Source: Candidatus Obscuribacterales bacterium (GTDB taxonomy: Bacteria > Cyanobacteriota > Vampirovibrionia > Obscuribacterales > Obscuribacteraceae). From it: 64,000 nucleotides of DNA. How positions within the stretch are numbered: position 1 is the stretch's first letter; every line of letters begins with the position of its first letter. Made by a program: the position numbers and the translations under genes. The stretch covers positions 1,472,001 to 1,536,000 of the forward strand of contig CBDDIJ010000003.1 in NCBI GenBank assembly GCA_965228855.1, read 5' to 3'. The notes below the pieces were generated by a model. It did no database searches. It was not told the DNA's origin and saw only the letters and a list, made by a program, of their open reading frames with translations. This document shows, in pieces, positions 36,816 to 46,023 of this stretch.

Positions 36816-37520
36816 ATGAAATTAGAGTTGCGGGGCGTCTCCAAAAAGTACAGCGATCACGATGTGAATGCGCTGAGGGATGTGTCGCTTGCGCTTAACG
36901 GCGGGGATTTCGTCGCAATCTGTGGTCCGAGTGGGTGTGGAAAGAGCACTTTATTGAATATTGTCGGTTTGATTGATAAGCCGAGTAGCGGCTCCGTAAT
37001 ACTTGATGGTGAGGAACTCAATTCGCTTGATGACGAGAAGCTCACGGTTTTGCGTGGCAAAAGAATTGGTTTTGTTTTTCAGTTTTTCAATTTGCTGTCG
37101 ACGCTTACGATCGAAGAGAATGTCGCGTTGCCACTCGAGTTATCGGGGCAGACAAAAGAGGCAGACATCAGAAAGAAGGTCGGTGACCTGTTAGAAAGAG
37201 TAGGGATCGCGAAGCGAGCAAAGTTTTATCCTTCGCAATTGTCGGGGGGCGAGATGCAACGTGCTGCGATTGCCAGAGCGGTCATCCACGCTCCGCAGAT
37301 CCTGGTCGCGGATGAGCCCACTGGAAATTTGGACAGTGAGAGCGGTAAGGTGATCCTCGAACTATTGAAGCAGTTAAACGAGAGTGACAATCAAACGATC
37401 GTCATGGCTACACACAGTGCGGAAGCGGCTTCATATGCGTCCAGACGAGTTGATATGCGTGATGGTCGAATCGTAGTGGATCAAGCTAGTGAACTAAGAG
37501 TATCTGCCGGAGAAGGATGA
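36816..37520 (+). CDS. ABC transporter ATP-binding protein (LolD/MacB/AttE-like)
   Basis: GPSGCGKS, GFVFQFFNL, LSGGEMQR, ADEPTGNLD and the H-loop ATH. Confidence 0.96.
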   Translation: MKLELRGVSKKYSDHDVNALRDVSLALNGGDFVAICGPSGCGKSTLLNIVGLIDKPSSGSVILDGEELNSLDDEKLTVLRGKRIGFVFQFFNLLSTLTIEENVALPLELSGQTKEADIRKKVGDLLERVGIAKRAKFYPSQLSGGEMQRAAIARAVIHAPQILVADEPTGNLDSESGKVILELLKQLNESDNQTIVMATHSAEAASYASRRVDMRDGRIVVDQASELRVSAGEG

Positions 37521-40081
37521 TGAATCTTTCGGCGAAGTTATTTTTTTCGTTTATCGTACGTGATCTGCTTAAGAATTGGGTGCGGACGGCAATCACCGTA
37601 GGTGGTATCGCGCTTGGTGTCAGTGTATTTCTTGCGATTACACTGGCGAACGAAACGGCGTTGGGCAAGTTCAAAGAGACAGTTGATGTGATCTCCGGGA
37701 AAGCAAACCTGGAGGTTCGTTCGCAATCGGGACGGTATATATCGGCTTCGTATATGCGAGACCTTGACTGGCTTCAGCAATTAGGCGTACGAATGGCGCC
37801 GATGATTCAGGAAACTGTCGTATTCGGAACAGAAGGACAGGATCCCGTGCAGTTAGTCGGCGTAGATGTGCTTGCCGACCCGGACTTCTTTGCTGGTGGT
37901 GTCGGTACCAACGAGTCATACGATATGTTTGCGCCGGACTCGGCGCTGGTTGGTTGGAGACTGGCGGAAAAATACAAGCTCAAAGTCGGCTCGACGTTTG
38001 ATTTGTACGTGAATGATCGGGCTCGGCAGTTTAAGGTGGCTGGGTTATTGGAAAAGGGCGGACTCGGTGGCGCATTCAGTGGCAATGTAGTGGCAACTGA
38101 CATTGAAAACGCGCAAGCGGCACTGGATAGCGAAGGGAAAGTTTCAGAGATAGAATTGATAGTTCCGGAGGCGATAGTCGAACAAGTCAAACTTGACTTG
38201 GAAAGTTCGTTGCCACCGTCTGTGGTGGTGGACCGTCCGGAAGCACGCGGCAACAACGTCGAGAAAATGACGCGTTCGTTTCAATATAACTTGACGGCGC
38301 TAGCGTTCATCGCGCTCATTGTTGGGATGTTTCTGATCTACAACACGATCACAATTTCAGTGATTCGACGTCGCGGTGAAATTGGAACGTTGCGTGCTCT
38401 GGGACTCCGCCGCGGCCAGGTCAGTGTTCTTTTCCTTTGCGAGGCTGCCGCCTTTGGTATTGTAGGCAGTGCCCTTGGTGTCCTGGCGGGGCTTGGATTC
38501 TCAGATGGCGCTCTCACTGCGATTGCCGGCACGATGGAACATTTTTATTTCCAGCATCCATTCGGTTCAACAAGCGCGGATCCGTGGACACTTACCAGAG
38601 CGTTTTTAATCGGTTTCGTCATAACGGTGCTTGCTGCTATTCCGCCGGTGTGGGAATCAACCACCGTGCAGCCGGCCGAAGCGGTCCGCAGAAGCTCTTA
38701 CGAATCGAAAGTGCTCGGGTCTGCACTAAAATTATCGCTTATCGGTACAGGCTTATTTCTGGTGGCGGCGCTGTCCGCTCAGGCTCCGCCAATAGCCGGC
38801 TTCCCGTTTATGGGATATGTTTCTGCATTATGTACAATCCTCGGCACCGCATTTTGCACACCAATAATAGTAAGAGCGGCGTTTTCAAAGTTGGGCTCGT
38901 CTACTCTTCTCAAGAAGGTCGCCGGCACGGAAGGTTTGCTAGCCGCGCGTGCTCTTTATGGCGCGAGCGGTCGCACGTCGCTCGCGGTGGCGAGTTTGAT
39001 GATCGGAATTTCAATGATGATCAGTCTGGCAATTATGATTTCGAGTTTCAGAAGCACCGTGGTCGCGTGGGTCGATCAAACGCTAAAAGCGGATATCTGG
39101 ATTCAGTCGGCATCACGTGAGCGAGGAAGCAGGCAGTCGCGGCTCGATCAATCCGTTATGAACGATATCAAGGTTTTACCTTCCGTCGCGGCTGTAGATG
39201 TTTTTGTAGAACAGCGAATGCAATACAAGGGTGAACCATCTATAGTGGCCGGAGGAGACTTCGATGTTTTGCGGCGTTTCGGTTCCTTACGGGTGACGTC
39301 TGCGGAAACGCCGGAACAAGTTTTTGCTCGCATGGGTGATGATGGCTGTTTCGTATCTGAAGCATTCGCAATCAGGAAGAATGTAAAAACAGGAGATGTA
39401 ATCGAGTTGCCGACCGATAGAGGAATCGTGAGCCTCAAAATCGGTGCTATCTATTACGATTACTCGAGCGACCTGGGACATGTAGTTATCGATCGCGCGC
39501 TCTATGAAAAGCTTTTCGACGACCATTCGCTTACCAGTATCGCGGTTTATTTGAAACCGGACGCCGACCTCGAAGCCACTCGCACTCAGATATCTGACGC
39601 GGTAGCGGGGAAATCGCTCATCTCGATGCGCAGTACGAGGGAGTTGCGCAAAGAGGCGATGCGAGTTTTCGATCGCACATTTGCGGTCACTTACGCGCTT
39701 CATACGATTGCCGTCTCAGTTGCACTGCTATCCGTTATGAACGCTCTTCTGGCGCTTTCTTTCGAGTCGCGAAGAGACTTCGGAATTCTTCGTTATCTGG
39801 GAGCGCAACGTATCCAGATTGAAAAGATCGTACTCGGTCAGTCGTTCTTTCTTGGTTGCCTCGGGAATATAACCGGTCTGGGAGTGGGTGCGATCCTGTC
39901 GTTGCTTCTGGTCAACGTTATAAACCGGCAATCGTTCGGATGGACGGTTCAACTTGCCGTCCCATGGGATTTTATTCTTCAATCCGGCTTGCTGGTTATA
40001 GTGGCAGCGCTCGCGGCCGGCTACATACCGGCAAGGCAAGCGGCGAAAACTCTGGCACCGGAAGTGGTGCGCGATGAATGA
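37517..40081 (+). CDS. FtsX-like ABC permease, duplicated architecture (AttF/G-like)
   Basis: Two MacB-periplasmic plus FtsX units. RRGEIGTLRALG and RRDFGILRYLG motifs, and the C-terminal VINRQSFGW. Confidence 0.92.
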   Translation: MMNLSAKLFFSFIVRDLLKNWVRTAITVGGIALGVSVFLAITLANETALGKFKETVDVISGKANLEVRSQSGRYISASYMRDLDWLQQLGVRMAPMIQETVVFGTEGQDPVQLVGVDVLADPDFFAGGVGTNESYDMFAPDSALVGWRLAEKYKLKVGSTFDLYVNDRARQFKVAGLLEKGGLGGAFSGNVVATDIENAQAALDSEGKVSEIELIVPEAIVEQVKLDLESSLPPSVVVDRPEARGNNVEKMTRSFQYNLTALAFIALIVGMFLIYNTITISVIRRRGEIGTLRALGLRRGQVSVLFLCEAAAFGIVGSALGVLAGLGFSDGALTAIAGTMEHFYFQHPFGSTSADPWTLTRAFLIGFVITVLAAIPPVWESTTVQPAEAVRRSSYESKVLGSALKLSLIGTGLFLVAALSAQAPPIAGFPFMGYVSALCTILGTAFCTPIIVRAAFSKLGSSTLLKKVAGTEGLLAARALYGASGRTSLAVASLMIGISMMISLAIMISSFRSTVVAWVDQTLKADIWIQSASRERGSRQSRLDQSVMNDIKVLPSVAAVDVFVEQRMQYKGEPSIVAGGDFDVLRRFGSLRVTSAETPEQVFARMGDDGCFVSEAFAIRKNVKTGDVIELPTDRGIVSLKIGAIYYDYSSDLGHVVIDRALYEKLFDDHSLTSIAVYLKPDADLEATRTQISDAVAGKSLISMRSTRELRKEAMRVFDRTFAVTYALHTIAVSVALLSVMNALLALSFESRRDFGILRYLGAQRIQIEKIVLGQSFFLGCLGNITGLGVGAILSLLLVNVINRQSFGWTVQLAVPWDFILQSGLLVIVAALAAGYIPARQAAKTLAPEVVRDE

Positions 40082-40126
40082 CGACAGCGAGGCGAAGTTG
40101 ACGAGAACAGGGTTATACGGCAAATG

Positions 40127-40286
40127 AACGAAAGCAAGGTTTATCTGGCGCCGGAAGTAAGAGAACGAAAGCGTGGTTTATATGGTGCCGGAAGTGATGG
40201 AAACGAAAGCATGAAATATAAGGAGCCGGAAGTGATGGGAACGAAAGCATGAAATATATGGAGTCGGAAGTGATAAAAACTAAAGC
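40127..40286. repeat. Degenerate 38-bp tandem repeat, about five copies
   Basis: AACGAAAGC anchor at 40127, 40164, 40202, 40240 and 40278 (last is AACTAAAGC), with CGGAAGT between anchors. Confidence 0.85.
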
Positions 40287-40293
40287 ACGCATT

Positions 40294-41421
40294 GTGCGGA
40301 GCCGCGAGGTTCGCATTAGTAGCAGTTCCGTAGCGTCCTGCATGCTGGTGTTTCTAGTTTCGCTCTTTGCGATTTCTCCGGCAGCAACCGCGAAGGAGTA
40401 TAAACAGGCTCTGCCTGGCTATCAGTATCAGTTTCCGCGCGATCATGGTTCTCACGAAGATTTCAAGACGGAATGGTGGTATTACACGGGGCACATGCAG
40501 ACCGAAAGCAACAAGAAGTTTGGTTATGAGCTCACATTTTTCAGACACGGAATAGAGCACGATTCGTCTCTAAAAACGAAGGAAGATAGGAACGTTTACC
40601 TTGCCCATTTCGCTCTCACTGATGAAACCGGCGGGAAGTTCAAGTACTTCGAGAAGTTGAGCAGGAGCGGCTTGCCGGTGGCTTTCGCTCGTTCGGACAT
40701 TCTGTCCGTTCAAAATCAGGGGTGGTCAGTTGAGCAACTTGGAGACCGATTTGTGTTGCGCGCTGATGGTGATAAATCCGGAATCAGATTGTTGCTCTCT
40801 CCTGCAAAGAAGCCGATTATTCACGGCAAAGATGGCGTTAGTCAGAAGGCCTCCTGCAAAGGGTGTGCGTCGCACTATTACTCTCTGACACGGCTGAAAA
40901 CCGAAGGGCTGGTCTACGTAGACGGAAAGCCGGAGCGCATCACATCCGGTTGGTCCTGGATGGATCATGAATTCGGCTCGAATCAACTGACGGCGGAGCA
41001 AATCGGTTGGGACTGGTTTAGCGTGCAGTTGGAAAACAACACGGAACTGATGTTGTATGTAATGCGCAGGCGCGATGGCTCTCTCGACAAAAATTCCAGT
41101 GGTACTATCATCGGTGCGGATGGCAGAGCGATTCACCTGGCCAAAGACGATTTCAAAATTTCCTCGACATCGAAGTGGACCAGTCCAAACAGCAATGGCG
41201 TTTATCCCATGGGCTGGACGGTCGAAGTTCCTAATCACCAGATCAAGCTGAACGTCAATCCGGTTTTAAAAGACCAGGAACTGTTGACAAAACGGTCGAC
41301 CGGCGTGACCTACTGGGAGGGGGCGGCGGAAGTTTCCGGGACAGTTGAGGGCAAGGCGGTCAAAGGTGAAAGCTACGTTGAGATGACAGGTTACGCTGAA
41401 GCGTTCAAGAAGAAGATTTAG
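40294..41421 (+). CDS. Secreted AttH/CrtC-like lipocalin-fold protein
   Basis: FPRDHGSH, EWWYYTG, WMDHEFGS, GWDWFSVQL, YWEG and YVEMTGY motifs, plus a signal peptide. The start is uncertain (GTG 40294 or ATG 40342); the ORF-track start 40249 lies inside the 38-bp repeat. Confidence 0.88.
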   Translation: MRSREVRISSSSVASCMLVFLVSLFAISPAATAKEYKQALPGYQYQFPRDHGSHEDFKTEWWYYTGHMQTESNKKFGYELTFFRHGIEHDSSLKTKEDRNVYLAHFALTDETGGKFKYFEKLSRSGLPVAFARSDILSVQNQGWSVEQLGDRFVLRADGDKSGIRLLLSPAKKPIIHGKDGVSQKASCKGCASHYYSLTRLKTEGLVYVDGKPERITSGWSWMDHEFGSNQLTAEQIGWDWFSVQLENNTELMLYVMRRRDGSLDKNSSGTIIGADGRAIHLAKDDFKISSTSKWTSPNSNGVYPMGWTVEVPNHQIKLNVNPVLKDQELLTKRSTGVTYWEGAAEVSGTVEGKAVKGESYVEMTGYAEAFKKKI

Positions 41422-41581
41422 CGGTACAATAAACGCAACGTCGCGGCTTGAGTGCTGGAACGGATGCTTTTAATGCAACCAGGTTTCAACGCATGATGAT
41501 CGTTTTATCGAGCCGCCTGGCGTTTCGAAACCAGTTTCAGCACATCGGCATGGAACCTGCCGAGTGGAGATAAGTTAAGTT

Positions 41582-41974
41582 ATGGTCGAAATATTTGATC
41601 CGATCGGGGCAATTTATAAAGCGGTCGGCGATGACAAGCCGTTTTTCGATCTCGTCGACGAATTTTACAAGGGAGTCGAGAACGATTTGATCTTGAGACC
41701 TATGTACCCTGAAGATTTGACGGATGCGAAGAGAAAGCTGGCGCTGTTTATGATACAGAGAACCGGTGGTCGCACCACATATAGTGATGAGCGTGGTCAT
41801 CCACGCATGCGGCAAAGACACATGCCGTTCTCTATAGGGCTGAACGAGCGTAATGCCTGGATGAAAAACATGATGGTGGCGCTCGATAAAGTTCCTGAGC
41901 TGGCTCCGCATAAAGAGACGCTAACTGAGTTTTTCGAATCGTTCTCGACTTTCATGATCAATAAACAGCCTTAG
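41582..41974 (+). CDS. Group II truncated haemoglobin (trHbO-like)
   Basis: LVDEFY, LRPMYPEDL, GG...YSDERGHPRMRQRHMPF and ERNAW motifs. Confidence 0.92.
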   Translation: MVEIFDPIGAIYKAVGDDKPFFDLVDEFYKGVENDLILRPMYPEDLTDAKRKLALFMIQRTGGRTTYSDERGHPRMRQRHMPFSIGLNERNAWMKNMMVALDKVPELAPHKETLTEFFESFSTFMINKQP

Positions 41975-42034
41975 ATTGGCAGCGCAAGTTGTCGGGTAGA
42001 ACTTACTGGTAGTGGCAGCTGGCGGTAAGAGTTC

Positions 42035-42631
42035 ATGGCAATTCCGAAGGATATCAGCGAGCATTTGCATTCAGCTCTGACGGTGCGTCATACTGAATAT
42101 GGTGGCGCGATTTTCGATCGAACTCAAAAGTATCGCTATTTGTTGTGGAGGAAACTGGCTGGCGAAAACGTTCTTGAAGGAATTTCCGGTGGTCGGTCCA
42201 ACGCCGGGAGCGAGGCTTGCCGTAAGGTTTCTGACCGAATTTTGCTGGTGATGCTGAACCCGAATACGGCAGACGAGAGTCACAACGATCCGACGATTCG
42301 GCGGTGCATCGGATTTGCGAATTCATGGGGATACACGCAGGTTGAAGTTGTAAATCTGTTTGCGTACCGAGCCAAAGAGCCGCAGATGCTCAAAGGCGTA
42401 AGGAAACCGGTTGGAAGTTACAACGATGAAATCATACGGCAACGGGCTATCCATGCCGATCTTCGCATGATCGCATGGGGAAATCACGGGAAACTGATGG
42501 AACGTGATGCGGCGGTTTTGGAACTGCTTGCGGAATTCGGACCAGTCTACTGCCTGGGCACCACTAACTCCGGCGCGCCAAAGCACCCGCTGTATATAAA
42601 ATCTGATGTGAAACCGCTCGCATTTCACTGA
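42035..42631 (+). CDS. DUF1643 family protein
   Basis: YRYLLWR, VMLNPNTAD...DPTIRRC, VVNLFAYRA, AWGNHG and PKHPLY motifs. Confidence 0.9.
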   Translation: MAIPKDISEHLHSALTVRHTEYGGAIFDRTQKYRYLLWRKLAGENVLEGISGGRSNAGSEACRKVSDRILLVMLNPNTADESHNDPTIRRCIGFANSWGYTQVEVVNLFAYRAKEPQMLKGVRKPVGSYNDEIIRQRAIHADLRMIAWGNHGKLMERDAAVLELLAEFGPVYCLGTTNSGAPKHPLYIKSDVKPLAFH

Positions 42632-42730
42632 GGCGAGCTGAAACCGCGCGTTTCGCTAAAGCAGTTTCGATCGGCTCAGCGTCGACAGTTTGCGATGAGC
42701 GGTTTAATCCACAATCGATTCTGTGCGCCT

Positions 42731-43486
42731 CTATTTTTCGTCGACCTCTTCAACGGTCACGGCATCAATTCCAGGTCCGGGCAATGCCTTCATCTCGTTC
42801 TCTCGCACTTCAATGAGCTTGGGCGAATCCTTTTGTTCCAGAACTTTCATCTTGAGTTTCAACAGTTCCGAGTCCAGATCAGAAGTAGCATCGAGCTCCT
42901 TGAGCTTGTCTTCAAGCGCCTTATCACCGCCAGCTCGCAAGTCGGCTATTGCTTCGTTTCGCAATTCGGTGGCTCTAATCTTGTCTTCGATTTTATCCAG
43001 GCTCGATGAGCCTCCGCTGCTGGAGAGCAGATCGTTTACCTTCGCAGTGGCGGTACTCGCATTGGCTCGGGCGATAATATCTTTCTTCTTGGTCGCGAAG
43101 TCGCGAAGCTTTTGCTCTTGCTCATTGTTTCTCTCGCGCAGCGCCTTGGTCGCAGATTTCTGCGCGTCAAGCTGAGTCTTCAGGTGCGCCAGCCCTTGTT
43201 CGGCTTCCTGGCGTTTCTGCAAGCATTGTTTCGCCAGGTCTTCGTCGCCTTTGGTGATTGCAAGTTCGGCGCGTTTTTGCCAGGTGGCGACATCTTCGGA
43301 GTCTTTCTGAATCTTCTGTTCCAGAGCCTTTTCAGCGGTAATCGCCGTGATCAATGCTTCTTTGAGCTGTTTCGCGGACGATTCGAGTTCCATTTGATGT
43401 TGCTCGGCAAGAATTTCCGGCGTTTCAACCTTGCTGATTCCCTGATTAAGGAGACCCTTAATCACATTCATTAATCGTCCAAACAT
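42731..43486 (-). CDS. PspA/IM30 (Vipp1-like) family protein
   Basis: N-terminal amphipathic MFGRLMNVIKG, ETPE..., WQKRAELAITKGDEDLAKQCL, coiled coils and DSELLKLK. Confidence 0.9.
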   Translation of the reverse strand: MFGRLMNVIKGLLNQGISKVETPEILAEQHQMELESSAKQLKEALITAITAEKALEQKIQKDSEDVATWQKRAELAITKGDEDLAKQCLQKRQEAEQGLAHLKTQLDAQKSATKALRERNNEQEQKLRDFATKKKDIIARANASTATAKVNDLLSSSGGSSSLDKIEDKIRATELRNEAIADLRAGGDKALEDKLKELDATSDLDSELLKLKMKVLEQKDSPKLIEVRENEMKALPGPGIDAVTVEEVDEK

Positions 43487-43591
43487 CTAAGACTGCTCCT
43501 GTTCTTCGATTCCTGCTCTCGTGATTCCTGGCTGCCATGAGCCACAATTTCTGGGCATTTAAGCATGATATCAGGCTTAAAACGCGATTTC

Positions 43592-44992
43592 CTACTTGCT
43601 TTTCGGTTGACTCTTGGTCTCCTCGAAGCTTTTGCCGGTCTTCTGGCATTTTTTTACCAGGGCAATCGCTTTGTCTTGCTTGAGTTCGCCAAGTTGGATC
43701 AAATGCTGCGCGGTTTTTGCGGCGATCAATGTATTGTTGTCAATTCTTCCGAGCAGTATCAATATTCTGCCCAGATCGCCGCCGTTCAACTGTTGAAAAT
43801 GCCGGGCGTTGTTCAAATCTTCCTCTGTCAGGATTCCGCTCAAGTTGAGGAGCTTGAGGACGTTCCAGTTAAACGACTTAAAAACTTGCGGATTCGAAAT
43901 CGTGCCGACGGCGAGAGTCGCAGCTGGACTCATCTTTTCGATTGCCGGCGCGGGCGGTTTAACTTTTGGAATTTCAAAAGAACCCGATGATGTCTCGTCA
44001 AACGGTTGAGCTCTCAGACTTTCCCACGGTAAAACCGAAAAATTCGTCGCTGTTCCCTCATCGGCGCCGCGAAATCTGCCGTCTAAGAGGTCTATTTTGA
44101 GCTTGTAGGCGTTTGCGTATCGATCGGCTGGATTCTTGGCCAGGGTCCTGAAAATTAGCTGTTCAAGCCATTTAGGAATGGATGCTTCCGGTACGATTTT
44201 AGAGAATGGGGGCGGCATTTCGTGCACCTGCATGTGCATGATGCGAAGCGAATTGCCTGCCCGAAAGGCACGCACGCCGGTGATCGCCTCGTACATCACA
44301 CATCCGAGCGAATAGAGATCGCTGCGAATGTCGATTTCGTTGCCTTCACACTGTTCAGGGCTCATATAACAGGGGCTGCCGATAAACTCACCGAGCACCG
44401 TAAGCTCTTGAGTGCCGCCGGAATCGTCGATTAGCTTGGCGACACCAAAATCCACGAGCTTGACGTTCTCACGGCCGCGGCTTGTCGGGCTGAACATAAT
44501 GTTGCTCGGTTTGATGTCGCGGTGCACGATTCCGAGTTCATGGGCATGAGACAGAGCACTGAGGACTTGTGCGAATGTAGTGATGAATCGTGCCAGCGTC
44601 AACGTGCCTGATTTCATCAGGATATCAGCCAGACTCTCACCTTGCAGATACTCCATAACCATGTAGGGAAGACCATCCGGCGTGGCGGAGAATTCGTGAA
44701 CCTGGACGATATGCGGATGATTGAGCATAAGAGACGCGCGCCCCTCGCGCACGAATCGCCGCCGCACCGCGACGTCCGATAACAGAGAATTTTGCAGAAC
44801 CTTGAGTGCTTTGGTGCTGTCGGTTTCGGTGTCAAAAATCCGATAAACACAGCCCATGCCTCCTATCCCGAGCAGGGCTTCGATAATATATCGGTCGGCA
44901 AAGCGCGAGCCGAGCTTGAGCACCGACGCCTGGTCGGCGTCGTAGAACTCCTCGGATGGGTCAAATTCGTAGTCTTCCTCTTTCCCGGACAT
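43592..44992 (-). CDS. Cytoplasmic Ser/Thr kinase with C-terminal MshEN-like helical domain
   Basis: GIGGMG, ALK, HRDIKPSN, DFG and GSPCYMSPEQ. No TM segment. C-terminal LLxxxGILxxxDLxxA...DLGRILxxxGxI pattern. Confidence 0.9.
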   Translation of the reverse strand: MSGKEEDYEFDPSEEFYDADQASVLKLGSRFADRYIIEALLGIGGMGCVYRIFDTETDSTKALKVLQNSLLSDVAVRRRFVREGRASLMLNHPHIVQVHEFSATPDGLPYMVMEYLQGESLADILMKSGTLTLARFITTFAQVLSALSHAHELGIVHRDIKPSNIMFSPTSRGRENVKLVDFGVAKLIDDSGGTQELTVLGEFIGSPCYMSPEQCEGNEIDIRSDLYSLGCVMYEAITGVRAFRAGNSLRIMHMQVHEMPPPFSKIVPEASIPKWLEQLIFRTLAKNPADRYANAYKLKIDLLDGRFRGADEGTATNFSVLPWESLRAQPFDETSSGSFEIPKVKPPAPAIEKMSPAATLAVGTISNPQVFKSFNWNVLKLLNLSGILTEEDLNNARHFQQLNGGDLGRILILLGRIDNNTLIAAKTAQHLIQLGELKQDKAIALVKKCQKTGKSFEETKSQPKSK

Positions 44993-45069
44993 CAAAGCCG
45001 CTGTAGTCAGTAAACGGTCGCGTCTGTGGTTCTATATAATCTCTACCATAGTTTCAAGCGAAATCTTAC

Positions 45070-46023
45070 ATGACCAGATGCACTTTCGTGACTTACAGTG
45101 GCTTGCCGGATCTCGATCCGGACGACCGGCGCGTGCTCGATATCTTGCGCGAGCGCGGTTTTGACTGCCAGGCAGCGGTCTGGGACGCGCCTGACGTTGA
45201 TTGGTCGAGCGCAGGTGTGGTCGTGGTGCGCTCGACCTGGGATTACAACTTGAAGTATGGCAAGTTCATGGAGTGGGTCGATCACGTTTCGCAAGTCGCT
45301 CAGCTGTTTAACCGCCCCAATTACATTCGTTGGAATTCGCATAAGGGCTATTTGCGCGATTTGAGCGAGGCGGGAATTGCGATTGTGCCAACCCACTGGT
45401 TCGAACGCGGCACGGAAGTAGATGTTGAAACTGAGTTGCGCAAACTACTGGATGAGGACCATTCCGGCAAGATAATCGTGAAACCGGCAATCGGGCTTGC
45501 TACAAGCGGAGTGATGCTGGTTGAGGACGCGAACTTCTCGGATGCTGTCAGTCATGTGCGGAAGCTACTGGAAGAATTCGACGTAATGATCCAGCCTTTT
45601 ATGACTTCAGTGCGCGATCCCGGTGAGCGCGCCTTGACTTTCGTAAATGGTCGATATTGTCACGCCGCTCAAAAGGCACCGTTTCAGAAACTGGCTGCAG
45701 CCGGTCACGCTGGAGAGAAACCGGTGGAGGCGACGGTTCGAGAGCTGGAGTTGGCAGAGAACGTTATGGGCGTGCTCGGCGAACTGGTTGGCAAGTATGA
45801 TAGTGCTGGCAATTTATCGGATGACGCTCCATTCCTTCCGCCGCCACTCTATGCTCGCGTTGATATCGTCCGTGGTGACAACGGCGAGCCGCTGCTGATC
45901 GAGTTGGAACTCGTCGAACCCTCGCTGTTCATGGGGTTTTATCCATTAACTGCCGACTTCTTCGCCGATGCGATCGAGAATTTGTTGAAACGTTACGATC
46001 GACTTGAGCTGGCGCAGAGCTAG
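45070..46023 (+). CDS. ATP-grasp ligase (RimK/glutathione-synthetase-like)
   Basis: VVVRSTWDY, WNSHKGYL, IVKPAIG, MIQPF, YARVD and LIELELVEPSLF motifs. Confidence 0.85.
   Translation: MTRCTFVTYSGLPDLDPDDRRVLDILRERGFDCQAAVWDAPDVDWSSAGVVVVRSTWDYNLKYGKFMEWVDHVSQVAQLFNRPNYIRWNSHKGYLRDLSEAGIAIVPTHWFERGTEVDVETELRKLLDEDHSGKIIVKPAIGLATSGVMLVEDANFSDAVSHVRKLLEEFDVMIQPFMTSVRDPGERALTFVNGRYCHAAQKAPFQKLAAAGHAGEKPVEATVRELELAENVMGVLGELVGKYDSAGNLSDDAPFLPPPLYARVDIVRGDNGEPLLIELELVEPSLFMGFYPLTADFFADAIENLLKRYDRLELAQS

Noticed and set aside
40127..40286. 38-bp repeat as a CRISPR array or as the coding N-terminus of the attH-like gene
   Set aside because: There are no unique spacers, and the period is not a multiple of 3. 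The signal peptide begins downstream, so the start at 40249 is unlikely.
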